This document shows positions 47,422-56,428 of a stretch of 64,000 bases of DNA, piece after piece. The notes under the pieces are model-generated. The model ran no database searches, was not told the DNA's origin, and saw only the letters and a program-made list of their open reading frames with translations. How positions within the stretch are numbered: position 1 is the first letter of the stretch; every line of letters starts with the position of its first letter. A program made the translations under genes and the position numbers. The DNA is from Chthoniobacterales bacterium (GTDB taxonomy: Bacteria; Verrucomicrobiota; Verrucomicrobiia; Chthoniobacterales; Chthoniobacteraceae): positions 1 to 64,000 of the forward strand of contig JBBQZX010000005.1 in NCBI GenBank assembly GCA_038207335.1, read 5' to 3'.

Positions 47422-48549
47422 ATGCCCGCGAGCTCTCCTATCACCCGGCAGACGGTCGGGAAGACTTTCGTCGTCGCGAGCAGTGTGCTCGGGGCGGCGG
47501 CCCTGGCGCAGATTGGGGCGATCACTTTCGCGCTCGCGACGAAGCGCCCGCTGCCGGGTCCGATCGTGGAAATGCGCGTGAACCCTTCGCCAATGACAGC
47601 GGCGAAAATCACCAAGCCGGCAACGTTCACGCTCGCTCCACCGACGGAGGCATTGGAAGTGGCGACGCCCCTACTGGAGCCGCCTACGAAGGCGCATGAG
47701 GCAGCGACCGTGATGACTGCGGCGATCATCCCGCCGCTGCGTCCCATGCCTGTGATCCCGGAGAAGCTGGTGCAAACGCCGGCCCCCGCGACGCGCGAGC
47801 AGGAGCTGATCGAGCAGGGCCGCACGCTGCGTGACCGCGGCGATATGAATGGCGCGCTGACGAAGCTGCGCGAAGCGCAGACAGTGGCGCCGGCGAACCC
47901 GCAGGTGTTTGCGGAAATCGCGCTCACTTTTGAAAAAATGGGGCTGACGGATCGCGCGGCGGAGCAGTGGCGGAAGATTTACGAGATGGGGGAATCGGCG
48001 GGATCGTATTTCATTGCGGCGGATGCGCGGCTGAAGCAGAGCCAAGCATTGACGATGATGGAGGCGCAGAAGGAGGCGGCGGCGGTCGGGACCGGCGCGC
48101 CGGTTTCCAAGGCGAATCCGGAGGCCGTGCTCGGGCTCGGAGAGATCGCATCGGTCGATGTGCCCGATTCCGGTGGTGGGAAAAAATTCGTGCTTCGCGT
48201 GCCGATGAAAGCGCGGGCGGGTGCGAAAGTCGGCGTGCGCGACGTGGTGATCCACGTTCTTTTTTACGACCAAATTGGCGGGAAGGAAGTGGTTGAGACG
48301 AACGCAAATGTGACGTCGCGCTGGGCGAATACGCCACCCGACTGGGCGGAACGGGACACGGAGGTGCTGGAGGTGGAATACGTGCAGCCGCGGGTAGATC
48401 CTCGCGAGGCGGGGCGCGAGGATCGAAAATATTTTGGATACATCGTGCGGCTCTACTACAAGGGCGAGCTTCAAGATGAACGCGCCGATCCGCTGCGGCT
48501 CGCCGTGCAATTCGCCGCCCCTAAAACTCTCGAGAAAGACTCCCAATGA
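47422..48549 (+). CDS. Membrane-anchored TPR-like protein with a C-terminal beta domain (hypothetical)
   Basis: N-terminal hydrophobic segment, Pro/Thr linker, TPR-like LIEQGRTLRDRGDMNGALTKLREAQTVAPANPQVFAEIALTFEKMG, beta-rich C-terminus ending YFGYIVRLYYKGELQD. Confidence 0.78.
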   Translation: MPASSPITRQTVGKTFVVASSVLGAAALAQIGAITFALATKRPLPGPIVEMRVNPSPMTAAKITKPATFTLAPPTEALEVATPLLEPPTKAHEAATVMTAAIIPPLRPMPVIPEKLVQTPAPATREQELIEQGRTLRDRGDMNGALTKLREAQTVAPANPQVFAEIALTFEKMGLTDRAAEQWRKIYEMGESAGSYFIAADARLKQSQALTMMEAQKEAAAVGTGAPVSKANPEAVLGLGEIASVDVPDSGGGKKFVLRVPMKARAGAKVGVRDVVIHVLFYDQIGGKEVVETNANVTSRWANTPPDWAERDTEVLEVEYVQPRVDPREAGREDRKYFGYIVRLYYKGELQDERADPLRLAVQFAAPKTLEKDSQ

Positions 48550-50756
48550 ACATCATTCTGGCCGACGACGATCCGGACATTTTGCAATCGCTGCTCGCGG
48601 TGTTACAGCAGCTTCCTGGGCAGGAAGTGCGCGGCGCTGGCGCTGGCGGCGTGGCTCTGCAGGCTGCCGCGGCAATGGGCGGTGTGGACCTGCTAATCAC
48701 CGATGTGGTGATGGAGCCGATGAATGGGCTGATGCTCCGCGATGCTGTACTGAAGCGGTTTCCCAGCGCACGGGTGATTTTCATGAGCGGTTTCGATTTG
48801 AGTGATTACGCGGAACAGACGCAGGGGCATCAGGTGTTGCAGAAGCCGTTTGAGCCGTCTGAATTGATTGCGGCGATCGAGCGGGAATTTGCAGCGCCGC
48901 CTCCCGCGCCGGTGCCGGTGCCGGTAGCGGTGGCTTCGCCCGTTGCGGTGCCCCGCGCGGTCGCAGCGGTTCCGGTCGCGCAGCCAGCCGTGCGTGCAGC
49001 GGTCGCGACACAGCCGTGGGCGGTGGCTGCCGCTCCACGCGCGGTCGCGGCTCCGCAGGCGCGCGCCGTTCAGCCCGCTGTCGTTGCAGCCGTCCCGCGC
49101 GCCACGCCTGCGGTCTTGCCGCTGCCGGTAGCGCCCGTACAGTCAGTGCCGCAGCCCGCACCAGCCGGGGCGGAGGCGGACGAGAGCGAGTCTCTGATCG
49201 GCGAGACGCTCGGTGCGTATCAGATCGTCAGTGAACTGGGCACGGGACGCTGGGGCCGGGTTTACGCGGCGGTGCAAATTTCCATCAACCGTCCTGTCGG
49301 TCTCAAAGTCCTCGATGCACGCCGTGCCGCGGATGAGAACCAAAAGGCGCGCTTCATCGCCGACGCGCGCGCAAAGGCGCATGTCCAGCATCCCTCCATC
49401 CTCTCCGTTTATGAGGCGGGCGAAGTCGGGGGCCGCATTTTCTACGCCCACGAATACGTCGATGGCCACACGCTCGCCGAGTATCAGGCTGGCGGGCAGA
49501 AGCTCGACGAGCCGAATGCCCTGAAAATCCTGCGCGCCGCAGGCGATTCGCTCGCCTACCTCCAGACCCACAAAATCCCGCACTCCGCGCTCGACTCCTC
49601 CTCTATCTATCTCGGCCAGGATGGCACCCCGCATCTCGCGAATCTCGCGACGCAAATTGCCGACCAGCAACTCACGCCTGAGCAGGAAATGCAGGCCCTC
49701 GGGCGCATCATGCTCTCCGTCGTTCCCTCCGCACAAAATCTCAGCCACGGGCTCCGCGCGCTGCTCGGCCGCATGGTGCAAGTCGGGCCGAACGCCCTCG
49801 CCGGCTGGGGCGCGTTGCTTCAGGGCGTGAAGGCTCTCGAACCGAAAGTCGTCCCGGTTGAGGCAGCGAAAATCAGCGCGCAGGATCGCGCCGCGATCGA
49901 AGCCGTGGAGGCCGCGCGCAAGTCCGAGAAGCGCTCGCTCATCCTCACCGTCGGCAGCATGACGATCACCCTGCTGGCGGTCATCGCGGTCATTTGGTGG
50001 AAATTTTTCACCACCAACGAGCGCATCCTGGACGTGCAGATCGAGATTCCCGCGGGCACCTACAAGACCAGCAACGGCAGCGTGCATCTCGACACGTTCT
50101 GGATCGACAAATACGAAACCACGATCGGGCAGTACGCGAAATTTCTCCAGTATCTCGACACCCACCCGACCGCCGAGGAGGAGCTGAACCACCCGAAGCA
50201 GCCGCGCCAGCTCAGCCACGTTCCACAGAATTGGGACATCTATTTTGGCCAGGCAAAAGTCAGGGGTGCGGCGCACAGCTCGCCGATTTCGCTGAACTCG
50301 CCCGTCATGGTCGTCACTTGGTGGGACGCCTACGCCTTTGCCCGATGGAAAGGTCGCGATCTTCCCTCCGAGGATGAATGGGAGGCCGCCGGACGCGGCA
50401 CGCAGGGTTTGATCTATCCGTGGGGCAACGAGTTCGACAAGAGCAAGGTCAACTCCAGCGCCGACTACAACTACGCCGAGCCGCAGATCAAGGGGAGCGT
50501 GGACGGCTTCAACTACTGGGGCGACGTGGACCAGATGACGAGCGACAAGAGCCCCTTAGGCGTGATCGGCATGGCGGGTAATGTCGCCGAGTGGGTCGCG
50601 TGGCCGGACAAGGCCAAGTTCCCCACTTTGAAAGGCGGCAGCTTTGCCACCGCCGACTGTCGCCTTGACAAGAACGTCACCGACCGCGAACCGGGAAAAG
50701 CCGAAGAGTGGATCGGCTTCCGCACCGTCTCCCACACTCCTCCCGTCAAAAAATGA
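48546..50756 (+). CDS. Receiver domain + Ser/Thr pseudokinase + TM + FGE-sulfatase (SUMF1) domain protein
   Basis: REC: ILADDD, LLITDVVM, FMSGF, LQKPF. Ala/Pro/Val linker. Kinase N-lobe LGTGRWGRVY..VGLKVL..HPSILSVYEAG. TM. FGE: FWIDKYETT, VTWWDAYAFARWKGRDLPSEDEWEAAGRG, MAGNVAEW, IGFRT. Confidence 0.85.
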   Translation: MNIILADDDPDILQSLLAVLQQLPGQEVRGAGAGGVALQAAAAMGGVDLLITDVVMEPMNGLMLRDAVLKRFPSARVIFMSGFDLSDYAEQTQGHQVLQKPFEPSELIAAIEREFAAPPPAPVPVPVAVASPVAVPRAVAAVPVAQPAVRAAVATQPWAVAAAPRAVAAPQARAVQPAVVAAVPRATPAVLPLPVAPVQSVPQPAPAGAEADESESLIGETLGAYQIVSELGTGRWGRVYAAVQISINRPVGLKVLDARRAADENQKARFIADARAKAHVQHPSILSVYEAGEVGGRIFYAHEYVDGHTLAEYQAGGQKLDEPNALKILRAAGDSLAYLQTHKIPHSALDSSSIYLGQDGTPHLANLATQIADQQLTPEQEMQALGRIMLSVVPSAQNLSHGLRALLGRMVQVGPNALAGWGALLQGVKALEPKVVPVEAAKISAQDRAAIEAVEAARKSEKRSLILTVGSMTITLLAVIAVIWWKFFTTNERILDVQIEIPAGTYKTSNGSVHLDTFWIDKYETTIGQYAKFLQYLDTHPTAEEELNHPKQPRQLSHVPQNWDIYFGQAKVRGAAHSSPISLNSPVMVVTWWDAYAFARWKGRDLPSEDEWEAAGRGTQGLIYPWGNEFDKSKVNSSADYNYAEPQIKGSVDGFNYWGDVDQMTSDKSPLGVIGMAGNVAEWVAWPDKAKFPTLKGGSFATADCRLDKNVTDREPGKAEEWIGFRTVSHTPPVKK

Positions 50757-51625
50757 ACCGCCTCCGCACACTCCTCATCCTCCTCGCCGCCTGCGCCACC
50801 GCGCACGCGCAGATCTCCGTCGATCTCCAGATCAAGCGCCGCAACTTTCTCCGTTACGAGCCGATCCTCGCCACCGTCAATATCACGAATCTCTCCGGGC
50901 GCGATCTTCACCTCGAGGACGGCTCGACGCAGTGGTTCGGCTTCCAGATCAACAGCAACGGCTCCGGCGAAAGCATCGTCCCGCCGCGCAATCCCGACTA
51001 CCACCTCGAGGGGCTCTTGCTGAAAGCGGGCGAAAGCGTGAAGCGCACGCTGGATCTCAACACGCTCTTCGGGCTCGGGGAGTTCGGCGTTTATAAAATA
51101 AAGGCCACCATCTACTCCTCGGAGCTCGACAAGATTTTCACCTCCCGCCCGGATGCCATCAACGTCGCCGAGGGGCATCTGGTGTGGCAGCAGAGCGTCG
51201 GCGTCCCCGAGGGACAGGCAAATGCGGGCGCGACGCACGTCGTCTCCGTCATCAGCTACCAGGACACGGAGCACAAATACCTCTACGTTCGCATCGAGGA
51301 TCGCGACGCGGGCACCATCTTCTGCACGCAGCAGATCGGGCCGATGCTCGACGGGCAGGAGCCGACGATGCAGTTCGACACGTCGAACAATCTCTACGTG
51401 ATGCTGTGCGTCGGGCCGAAAGCCTACACGCTCACGAAGTTCGGCGTGAATGGCGATCTCCAGGGCCAGACCAACTACACCTCCACCAAATCCCGCCCGA
51501 TGATGCGCCGTCTCGCTGACGGCCAACTCCAGATCATGGGTGGCCACCGCGAAGCCGAGAAGACCACCGCGAGCATGATCACGCCGAAGCTCTCCGATCG
51601 CCCGGCAGGCATCCCGGCGAACTAG
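50753..51625 (+). CDS. Hypothetical secreted protein
   Basis: Start trimmed to ATG 50753 (ATGA overlap); signal peptide MNRLRTLLILLAACATAHA; beta-rich mature sequence. Confidence 0.8.
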   Translation: MNRLRTLLILLAACATAHAQISVDLQIKRRNFLRYEPILATVNITNLSGRDLHLEDGSTQWFGFQINSNGSGESIVPPRNPDYHLEGLLLKAGESVKRTLDLNTLFGLGEFGVYKIKATIYSSELDKIFTSRPDAINVAEGHLVWQQSVGVPEGQANAGATHVVSVISYQDTEHKYLYVRIEDRDAGTIFCTQQIGPMLDGQEPTMQFDTSNNLYVMLCVGPKAYTLTKFGVNGDLQGQTNYTSTKSRPMMRRLADGQLQIMGGHREAEKTTASMITPKLSDRPAGIPAN

Positions 51626-51632
51626 GGCCAGC

Positions 51633-51658
51633 CGCAAGCCAGCGGCTTGCGTTACTTT
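51633..51658 (+). terminator. Hairpin plus T-rich tail abutting the next start codon
   Basis: CGCAAGCC-AGC-GGCTTGCG then TTACTTT, with ATG directly after at 51659. Confidence 0.45.
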
Positions 51659-53431
51659 ATGAAAAGCCTCCTCGTCCTCCTGGCACTCGCCATCCCGCTT
51701 CACGCCGCCACGGTCGCGGTCGTTCCTGAGAAAAAGGGCGGCTTCTCGCTCACCCGCGACGGCGTTCCCTTCCTTGTGAAAGGCGGCGGTGGTGGGGAGC
51801 ATGCGCTTGAGTCCCTCGCCAAGGCCGGGGGCAACAGCATCCGGCTTTGGGGCGACGACAACCTCGGTGAAGTCCTCGACCGCGCCCAGAAACTCGGGCT
51901 CACCGTCTGCGCCGGCATCTGGCTCGGGCAGGTGCGGCAGGGGTTCGACTGGTCGGACGCCGCGGGGCTCATCAAGCAGCGCGAGCACATCCGAGCCGTC
52001 GTCGAGAAATACAAGAGCCACCCCGCGCTCCTCTGCTGGGCGCTCGGCAACGAAATGGAAGACCCCCAGGGCCGCAACGGCGCCGTCTGGGGCCAGATCA
52101 ACAACCTCTCCCGCATGGTCAAGCAGCTCGATTCCGCGCACCCGACCATGACCGTCGTCGCCGAGATCGGCGGCGACAAAGTGAAGAACTTCACCGCCCT
52201 CTGCCCTGACGTCGATATCCTCGGCATCAACTCCTACGCCGGCGCCGCCTCCGTCGCCGAGCGCTACCAGAAAGCCGGCGGCACCAAGCCCTTCCTTCTC
52301 ACCGAATACGGCCCCGCCGGCATCTGGGAGGTGAAAAAGGACGCCATCCGCGCGTACCCCGAGCCCACCAGCACCGCAAAGGGCGACGACTACCGCCGCG
52401 CCTACGAGGCCACCGTCCTCGATCCCAGCCACCTCTGCCTCGGCTCCTACGCCTTCCTCTGGGGGCAGAAGCAAGAGGTCACCGCCACTTGGTTCTCCAT
52501 GTTCCTCGAAGATGGCACCCCGCTTGCCGCCGCCCAGACCGTCTCGGAGCTGTGGACCGGCAAAGCCCCCGCCAACCGCGTCCCCGCCATCGCCTCCCTC
52601 GCCATTCCCGGCGACCGCAGCGCCAAGCCCGGCACCACCTTCACCGCCACCCTCAACGCCTCCGACCCAGAGGGCGACCCCCTAACCGTCGCCTGGACCC
52701 TCCAGCGCGACCCCGGCGAATACGGCAGCGGCGGCGACAAGGAAACCGCCCCGCCCACCTACCCCGACGCCATCACCAAAAGCGACGCCACCGGCGCCAC
52801 CGTCACCCTTCCCAAAGACGGCGGCCTCTACCGCCTCTTCGCCACCGTCCGCGACAACCACGGCGGCGGCGCAGTTGCCAATGTCCCCCTCCGCGTCGAT
52901 GCCCCCGTCACCATCGCGCCCGGCCAGAAAGCCGCCCTCCCCCTCACCGTCTATGCCGAGGACACCGACGCCCCCACCTACATCCCCGCCGGCTGGATGG
53001 GCGACACCCACTCCATCGAGCTCAAGCCCGCCAGCACCGACCAGCCCCACAGCGGCAAGACCTGCCTCCGCTGCGACTTCACCGCCAGCGCCGGGTGGGC
53101 CGGCGTCACCTGGCAGAATCCCGCCGGCGACTGGGGCGACCGCGGCGGCGGCTACGACCTCACCGGGGCGAAAAAGCTCACCTTCTGGGCCCGCGGCGCC
53201 AGCGGCGGCGAAGTCATCAGCGCCGAATACGGCACCCTCGCCAAGCCCAAGAAATTCCCCGACACCGGCCACGGCAAGCTCGGCCCCATCACCCTCACCC
53301 CCGAGTGGAAGCAGTACGAGATCGACGTCACCGGCCAGGACCTCGCCCGCATCAAAACCGGGTTCGTCTGGACCCTCGCCAGCCCCGGCCACCCCGTCAC
53401 CTTCTACCTCGACGACATCCGCTGGGAGTAG
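51659..53431 (+). CDS. Clan GH-A glycoside hydrolase (GH2-TIM-like, possibly GH158) with Ig/PKD-like and C-terminal CBM-like domains
   Basis: Signal peptide; GGNSIRLWG, acid/base WALGNEME, nucleophile FLLTEYGP, ASDPEGDPLTVAW; C-terminal GYDLTGAKKLTFWARG...FYLDDIRWE. Confidence 0.85.
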   Translation: MKSLLVLLALAIPLHAATVAVVPEKKGGFSLTRDGVPFLVKGGGGGEHALESLAKAGGNSIRLWGDDNLGEVLDRAQKLGLTVCAGIWLGQVRQGFDWSDAAGLIKQREHIRAVVEKYKSHPALLCWALGNEMEDPQGRNGAVWGQINNLSRMVKQLDSAHPTMTVVAEIGGDKVKNFTALCPDVDILGINSYAGAASVAERYQKAGGTKPFLLTEYGPAGIWEVKKDAIRAYPEPTSTAKGDDYRRAYEATVLDPSHLCLGSYAFLWGQKQEVTATWFSMFLEDGTPLAAAQTVSELWTGKAPANRVPAIASLAIPGDRSAKPGTTFTATLNASDPEGDPLTVAWTLQRDPGEYGSGGDKETAPPTYPDAITKSDATGATVTLPKDGGLYRLFATVRDNHGGGAVANVPLRVDAPVTIAPGQKAALPLTVYAEDTDAPTYIPAGWMGDTHSIELKPASTDQPHSGKTCLRCDFTASAGWAGVTWQNPAGDWGDRGGGYDLTGAKKLTFWARGASGGEVISAEYGTLAKPKKFPDTGHGKLGPITLTPEWKQYEIDVTGQDLARIKTGFVWTLASPGHPVTFYLDDIRWE

Positions 53432-53452
53432 CCCCCGGCGGCGAGGCGCCGC

Positions 53453-53870
53453 CCTCAAAATCCGCATCCCGGTCACCCCGCGCGCCTCCCCAAGGTGAAC
53501 AGAGCGTGCCCCGGCGTGCCGAAGTTGCATCCCGGACACCGCCCGCCTCCCACAGATAAATAAGGCGTGCCCCGACGTGCCGGGGACGCGCCGCAGTCAC
53601 CCCGCGCGCGTCCCCGACTTAACCAGCGTTCTCCCAAAGCCCATAGACATGCGACACGAGGCCATCGACATGCGACACGGACACATCGACATGAGACACG
53701 CACACGTCGGTGTTTCACTCGGACAAGTCGATGTTTCACCCGTGCCCATCGACCCGCAAAGCGCACCCGTCGACAGCGGAAATGCGCTTATCGACATGAG
53801 AAACACACAAGTCGGCGCGTCACTCGGACGCGTCGACGTTCGATTCGCGCCTGATGATCCCGGCGAGGCG
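53453..53870. repeat. Degenerate 21-bp tandem repeat array (63-bp super-period at the left end)
   Basis: Units at exact 21-bp steps from 53640 to 53850 (e.g. CCCATAGACATGCGACACGAG, GCCATCGACATGCGACACGGA, CACATCGACATGAGACACGCA); 63/61-bp units at 53472, 53535 and 53596. Confidence 0.85.
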
Positions 53871-53873
53871 CGG

Positions 53874-55670
53874 CTAGAGGCGGGAGATGAGGAGCTCGCG
53901 TTGGAAGATGAGCTCCTTGGGCAGGCGGTCGTGGAGGGTGAGGAAGAGTTCGGTCTGGGAGATGAGCTCGCGCTGCCACTCGAGGCGGTCGATTTTCATG
54001 CACTCCTGGAAGCGGGTCTCGGGGTAGTCGAGGCCGGTCCAGTCGAACTCGGTGTAGCGGGGCATCCAGCCGATCTGGGTCTCGCGGGCGGCGGCGCGGC
54101 CGCGGGTGCGATCGATGATCCATTTGAGGACGCGGAAGTTTTCGCCGAAGCCGGGCCAGAGGAATTTGTCGTCGGCGTCTTTGCGGAACCAGTTGACGTG
54201 GAAGATGCGGGGGGGGTCGGCGAGGTGGCGGCGGATGCCGAGCCAGTGGTTGAGGTAATCGCCCATGTCGTAGCCGCAGAAGGGGAGCATGGCCATGGGG
54301 TCGCGCCGGACTTTGCCGATTTCGCCGGCCTGGGCGGCGGTGAGTTCGCTGCCCATGGTAGCGCCGAGATAGACGCCGTGGATCCAGTTGAAGCTCTGGA
54401 AGATGAGGGGCATGGTGCTGGCGCGGCGGCCGCCGAAGATGATGGCGCTGATGGGGACGCCGGCGGGGTCGTTGGCCTCGGGGGCGAGGACGGGGTTGTT
54501 GCCCATGGGCGCGGTGAAGCGGCTATTCGGATGGGCGGCTTTCTCGCCGGAGGCGGGGTCCCAGGGGTTGCCTTTCCAGTCGATGGTGCCAGCGGGGGCG
54601 GGCTCGTCTTTTCCCTCCCACCAGACGCCGCCGCCGGGGGTGAGGGCGACGTTGGTGTAGATGGTGTCCCGCGCGATGGTGGCCATGGCGTTGGGGTTGG
54701 ATTTGTGGTTGGTGCCGGGGGCGACGCCGAAGTAGCCGGCTTCGGGGTTGATGGCGTAGAGCTTGCCGTCGGGGCCGGGCTGCATCCAGGCGATGTCGTC
54801 GCCGATGGTGGTGATTTTCCAGCCCTCGAAGCTCTCGGGGGGGATGAGCATGGCGAAGTTGGTCTTGCCGCAGGCGCTGGGGAAGGCGGCGGCGACGTAG
54901 GTTTTCTCACCGGTGGGACTCTCGACGCAGAGGATGAGCATGTGCTCGGCCATCCAGCCCTGCTGGCGGCCGAGGTAGCTGCCGATGCGGAGGGCGAGGC
55001 ATTTTTTGCCGAGGAGGACGTTGCCGCCGTAGCCGGAGCCGACGGAGATGATGGCGTTATCCTGGGGAAAGTGGGCGATGAAGCGGCGCTCGGGGTCGCA
55101 GTCGAGGGTGCTGTGGATGCCGCGGTTGAAGTCGTCGGTGTAGGCGGCGCCGTCTGTCTTTTTGTCGAGGGCGTCGAGGGCGGCGCGGCCCATGCGGGAC
55201 ATGATGCGCATGTTCAGGACGACGTAGATGCTGTCGGTAATCTCAACGCCGATCTTGGTGAGCGGACTGCCGGGGGGACCCATGAGGTAGGGGATGACGT
55301 ACATGGTGCGCCCGCGCATGGCGCCGTCGAGGAGGGCGTTGAGCTTGGCGTACATCTGGCGGGGCGCGGCCCAGTTGTTGGTGGGCCCGGCACCGTGGCG
55401 GGCGGGGGTGCAGATAAAGGTGCATTGCTCGACGCGCGCGACGTCGTTGGGATTCGAGCGGTGGTAGTAGCAGCCGGGAAGGGTCTCCTGATTGAGCTCG
55501 ATGAGGACACCGCTGGCGACGGCCCCAACAAGCAGGTGCGTCTTTTCCTCCTCGGAGCCGTCGCACCAGAAGACACGATCAGGCTGGGTGCGCTCGCGGA
55601 CGCTCTCGACCCACGCGAGGAGGATTTCGTTCTGTGGCGGCGTGCCGCCGAAAGTTGTGCCGTTTTCCAT
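53874..55670 (-). CDS. pckG: Phosphoenolpyruvate carboxykinase (GTP)
   Basis: [81 protein letters not shown]; start trimmed to ATG 55670. Confidence 0.97.
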   Translation of the reverse strand: MENGTTFGGTPPQNEILLAWVESVRERTQPDRVFWCDGSEEEKTHLLVGAVASGVLIELNQETLPGCYYHRSNPNDVARVEQCTFICTPARHGAGPTNNWAAPRQMYAKLNALLDGAMRGRTMYVIPYLMGPPGSPLTKIGVEITDSIYVVLNMRIMSRMGRAALDALDKKTDGAAYTDDFNRGIHSTLDCDPERRFIAHFPQDNAIISVGSGYGGNVLLGKKCLALRIGSYLGRQQGWMAEHMLILCVESPTGEKTYVAAAFPSACGKTNFAMLIPPESFEGWKITTIGDDIAWMQPGPDGKLYAINPEAGYFGVAPGTNHKSNPNAMATIARDTIYTNVALTPGGGVWWEGKDEPAPAGTIDWKGNPWDPASGEKAAHPNSRFTAPMGNNPVLAPEANDPAGVPISAIIFGGRRASTMPLIFQSFNWIHGVYLGATMGSELTAAQAGEIGKVRRDPMAMLPFCGYDMGDYLNHWLGIRRHLADPPRIFHVNWFRKDADDKFLWPGFGENFRVLKWIIDRTRGRAAARETQIGWMPRYTEFDWTGLDYPETRFQECMKIDRLEWQRELISQTELFLTLHDRLPKELIFQRELLISRL

Positions 55671-55708
55671 GGCGCGCACGTTCGGGGAGGCGCGCGGGCT
55701 TTCACACC

Positions 55709-55743
55709 AAAAAAACACGCGCGCCGGAGACCGGCGCGCGTGT
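55709..55743 (-). terminator. Rho-independent terminator after the DUF3467 gene
   Basis: 13-bp stem ACACGCGCGCCGG/CCGGCGCGCGTGT with a 3-nt loop, followed by a T run on the minus strand. Confidence 0.85.
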
Positions 55744-55767
55744 GTGTGAAATGGAATGGGTGGATGC

Positions 55768-56112
55768 TTACTCTTCGCTGCTCTCAGCCGCCGGAGCCTC
55801 GCTGCTGCCAGCGGGCGTCGGGGCCGGAGGCGGTCCGCCGCCCTGCGGGAGCTGGACGACCTGGAAATTCTGCGATGTCTGCGTGAGGAGTTGCGCGAGG
55901 CGCACGATGCCCGCGGGGGTCATGGTGATGCGCGTATGGATGGGGAGCAGCGAGACGCCGGGCCGGTCGGGAACGATGCCGCTGGTGAAGTCGAGATAGA
56001 CTTCCTCCTGCCCGACATTGACGAGGACATGGTTTGCGTAACGCGCCGTGAAGTCTTCGTAGCGGACCTGAATCTGTTGCTGCTGCTGTGGTTGGGGATT
56101 TTGATTGGACAT
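55768..56112 (-). CDS. DUF3467-like small protein
   Basis: QQQIQVRY...[18 protein letters not shown]...[19 protein letters not shown] pattern. Confidence 0.8.
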   Translation of the reverse strand: MSNQNPQPQQQQQIQVRYEDFTARYANHVLVNVGQEEVYLDFTSGIVPDRPGVSLLPIHTRITMTPAGIVRLAQLLTQTSQNFQVVQLPQGGGPPPAPTPAGSSEAPAAESSEE

Positions 56113-56162
56113 TGGGCGTGTGCTTTAAACGGCAAAGCCCCGCAGCGCAACGCCCGGAAGCA

Positions 56163-56189
56163 GGCGGCGCGAGATTTTCCCGCACCGCC
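56163..56189 (-). terminator. Hairpin downstream of the 27-aa ORF
   Basis: Minus strand GGCGGTGCGGGA-AAA-TCTCGCGCCGCC (12-bp stem with G-U pairs), 12 nt after the TAA. Confidence 0.5.
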
Positions 56190-56201
56190 CCTCCTGAGCA
56201 G

Positions 56202-56285
56202 TTACCGCGTGCTCGGCGGCGTCTTCGGTTTTTCCTTCTTGGGCTTTTTGACTTCCTTGCGATGGGCGTTGTTGCCTTTGGCCAT
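56202..56285 (-). CDS. 27-aa Lys-rich small protein (MAKGNNAHRKEVKKPKKEKPKTPPSTR)
   Basis: AAGGAG Shine-Dalgarno 6 nt before the ATG, TAA stop, downstream hairpin; below the ORF-track length cutoff. Confidence 0.72.
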   Translation of the reverse strand: MAKGNNAHRKEVKKPKKEKPKTPPSTR

Positions 56286-56428
56286 GGTGTGCTCCTTTTG
56301 TTTGTGGCTTCGGTGTTGATGCGCGCGAGGTGCGCGCAGCTTGGGGATAAAAGAAAAGCAGCTCCGCGTCGCGCGCAAATCTCAGGCGGCTTGTCATCGC
56401 CGCGCGCTTCGGAAAATGTCGCGTTGCG

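Noticed and set aside
50513..52474. 653-aa minus-strand ORF, and similar long antisense ORFs (12-932, 14287-15516, 17564-18838, 22335-23741, 34727-35926)
   Set aside because: Each lies opposite a well-supported gene; expected stop-poor shadow frames in GC-rich DNA.
53453..53870. CRISPR array
   Set aside because: Units are contiguous degenerate 21-mers with no constant repeat/unique spacer alternation, and there are no cas genes in the window.
53577..55886. 769-aa plus-strand ORF
   Set aside because: Antisense shadow of pckG (codon-symmetric high-GC frame) extended through the repeat array; no recognisable domain.
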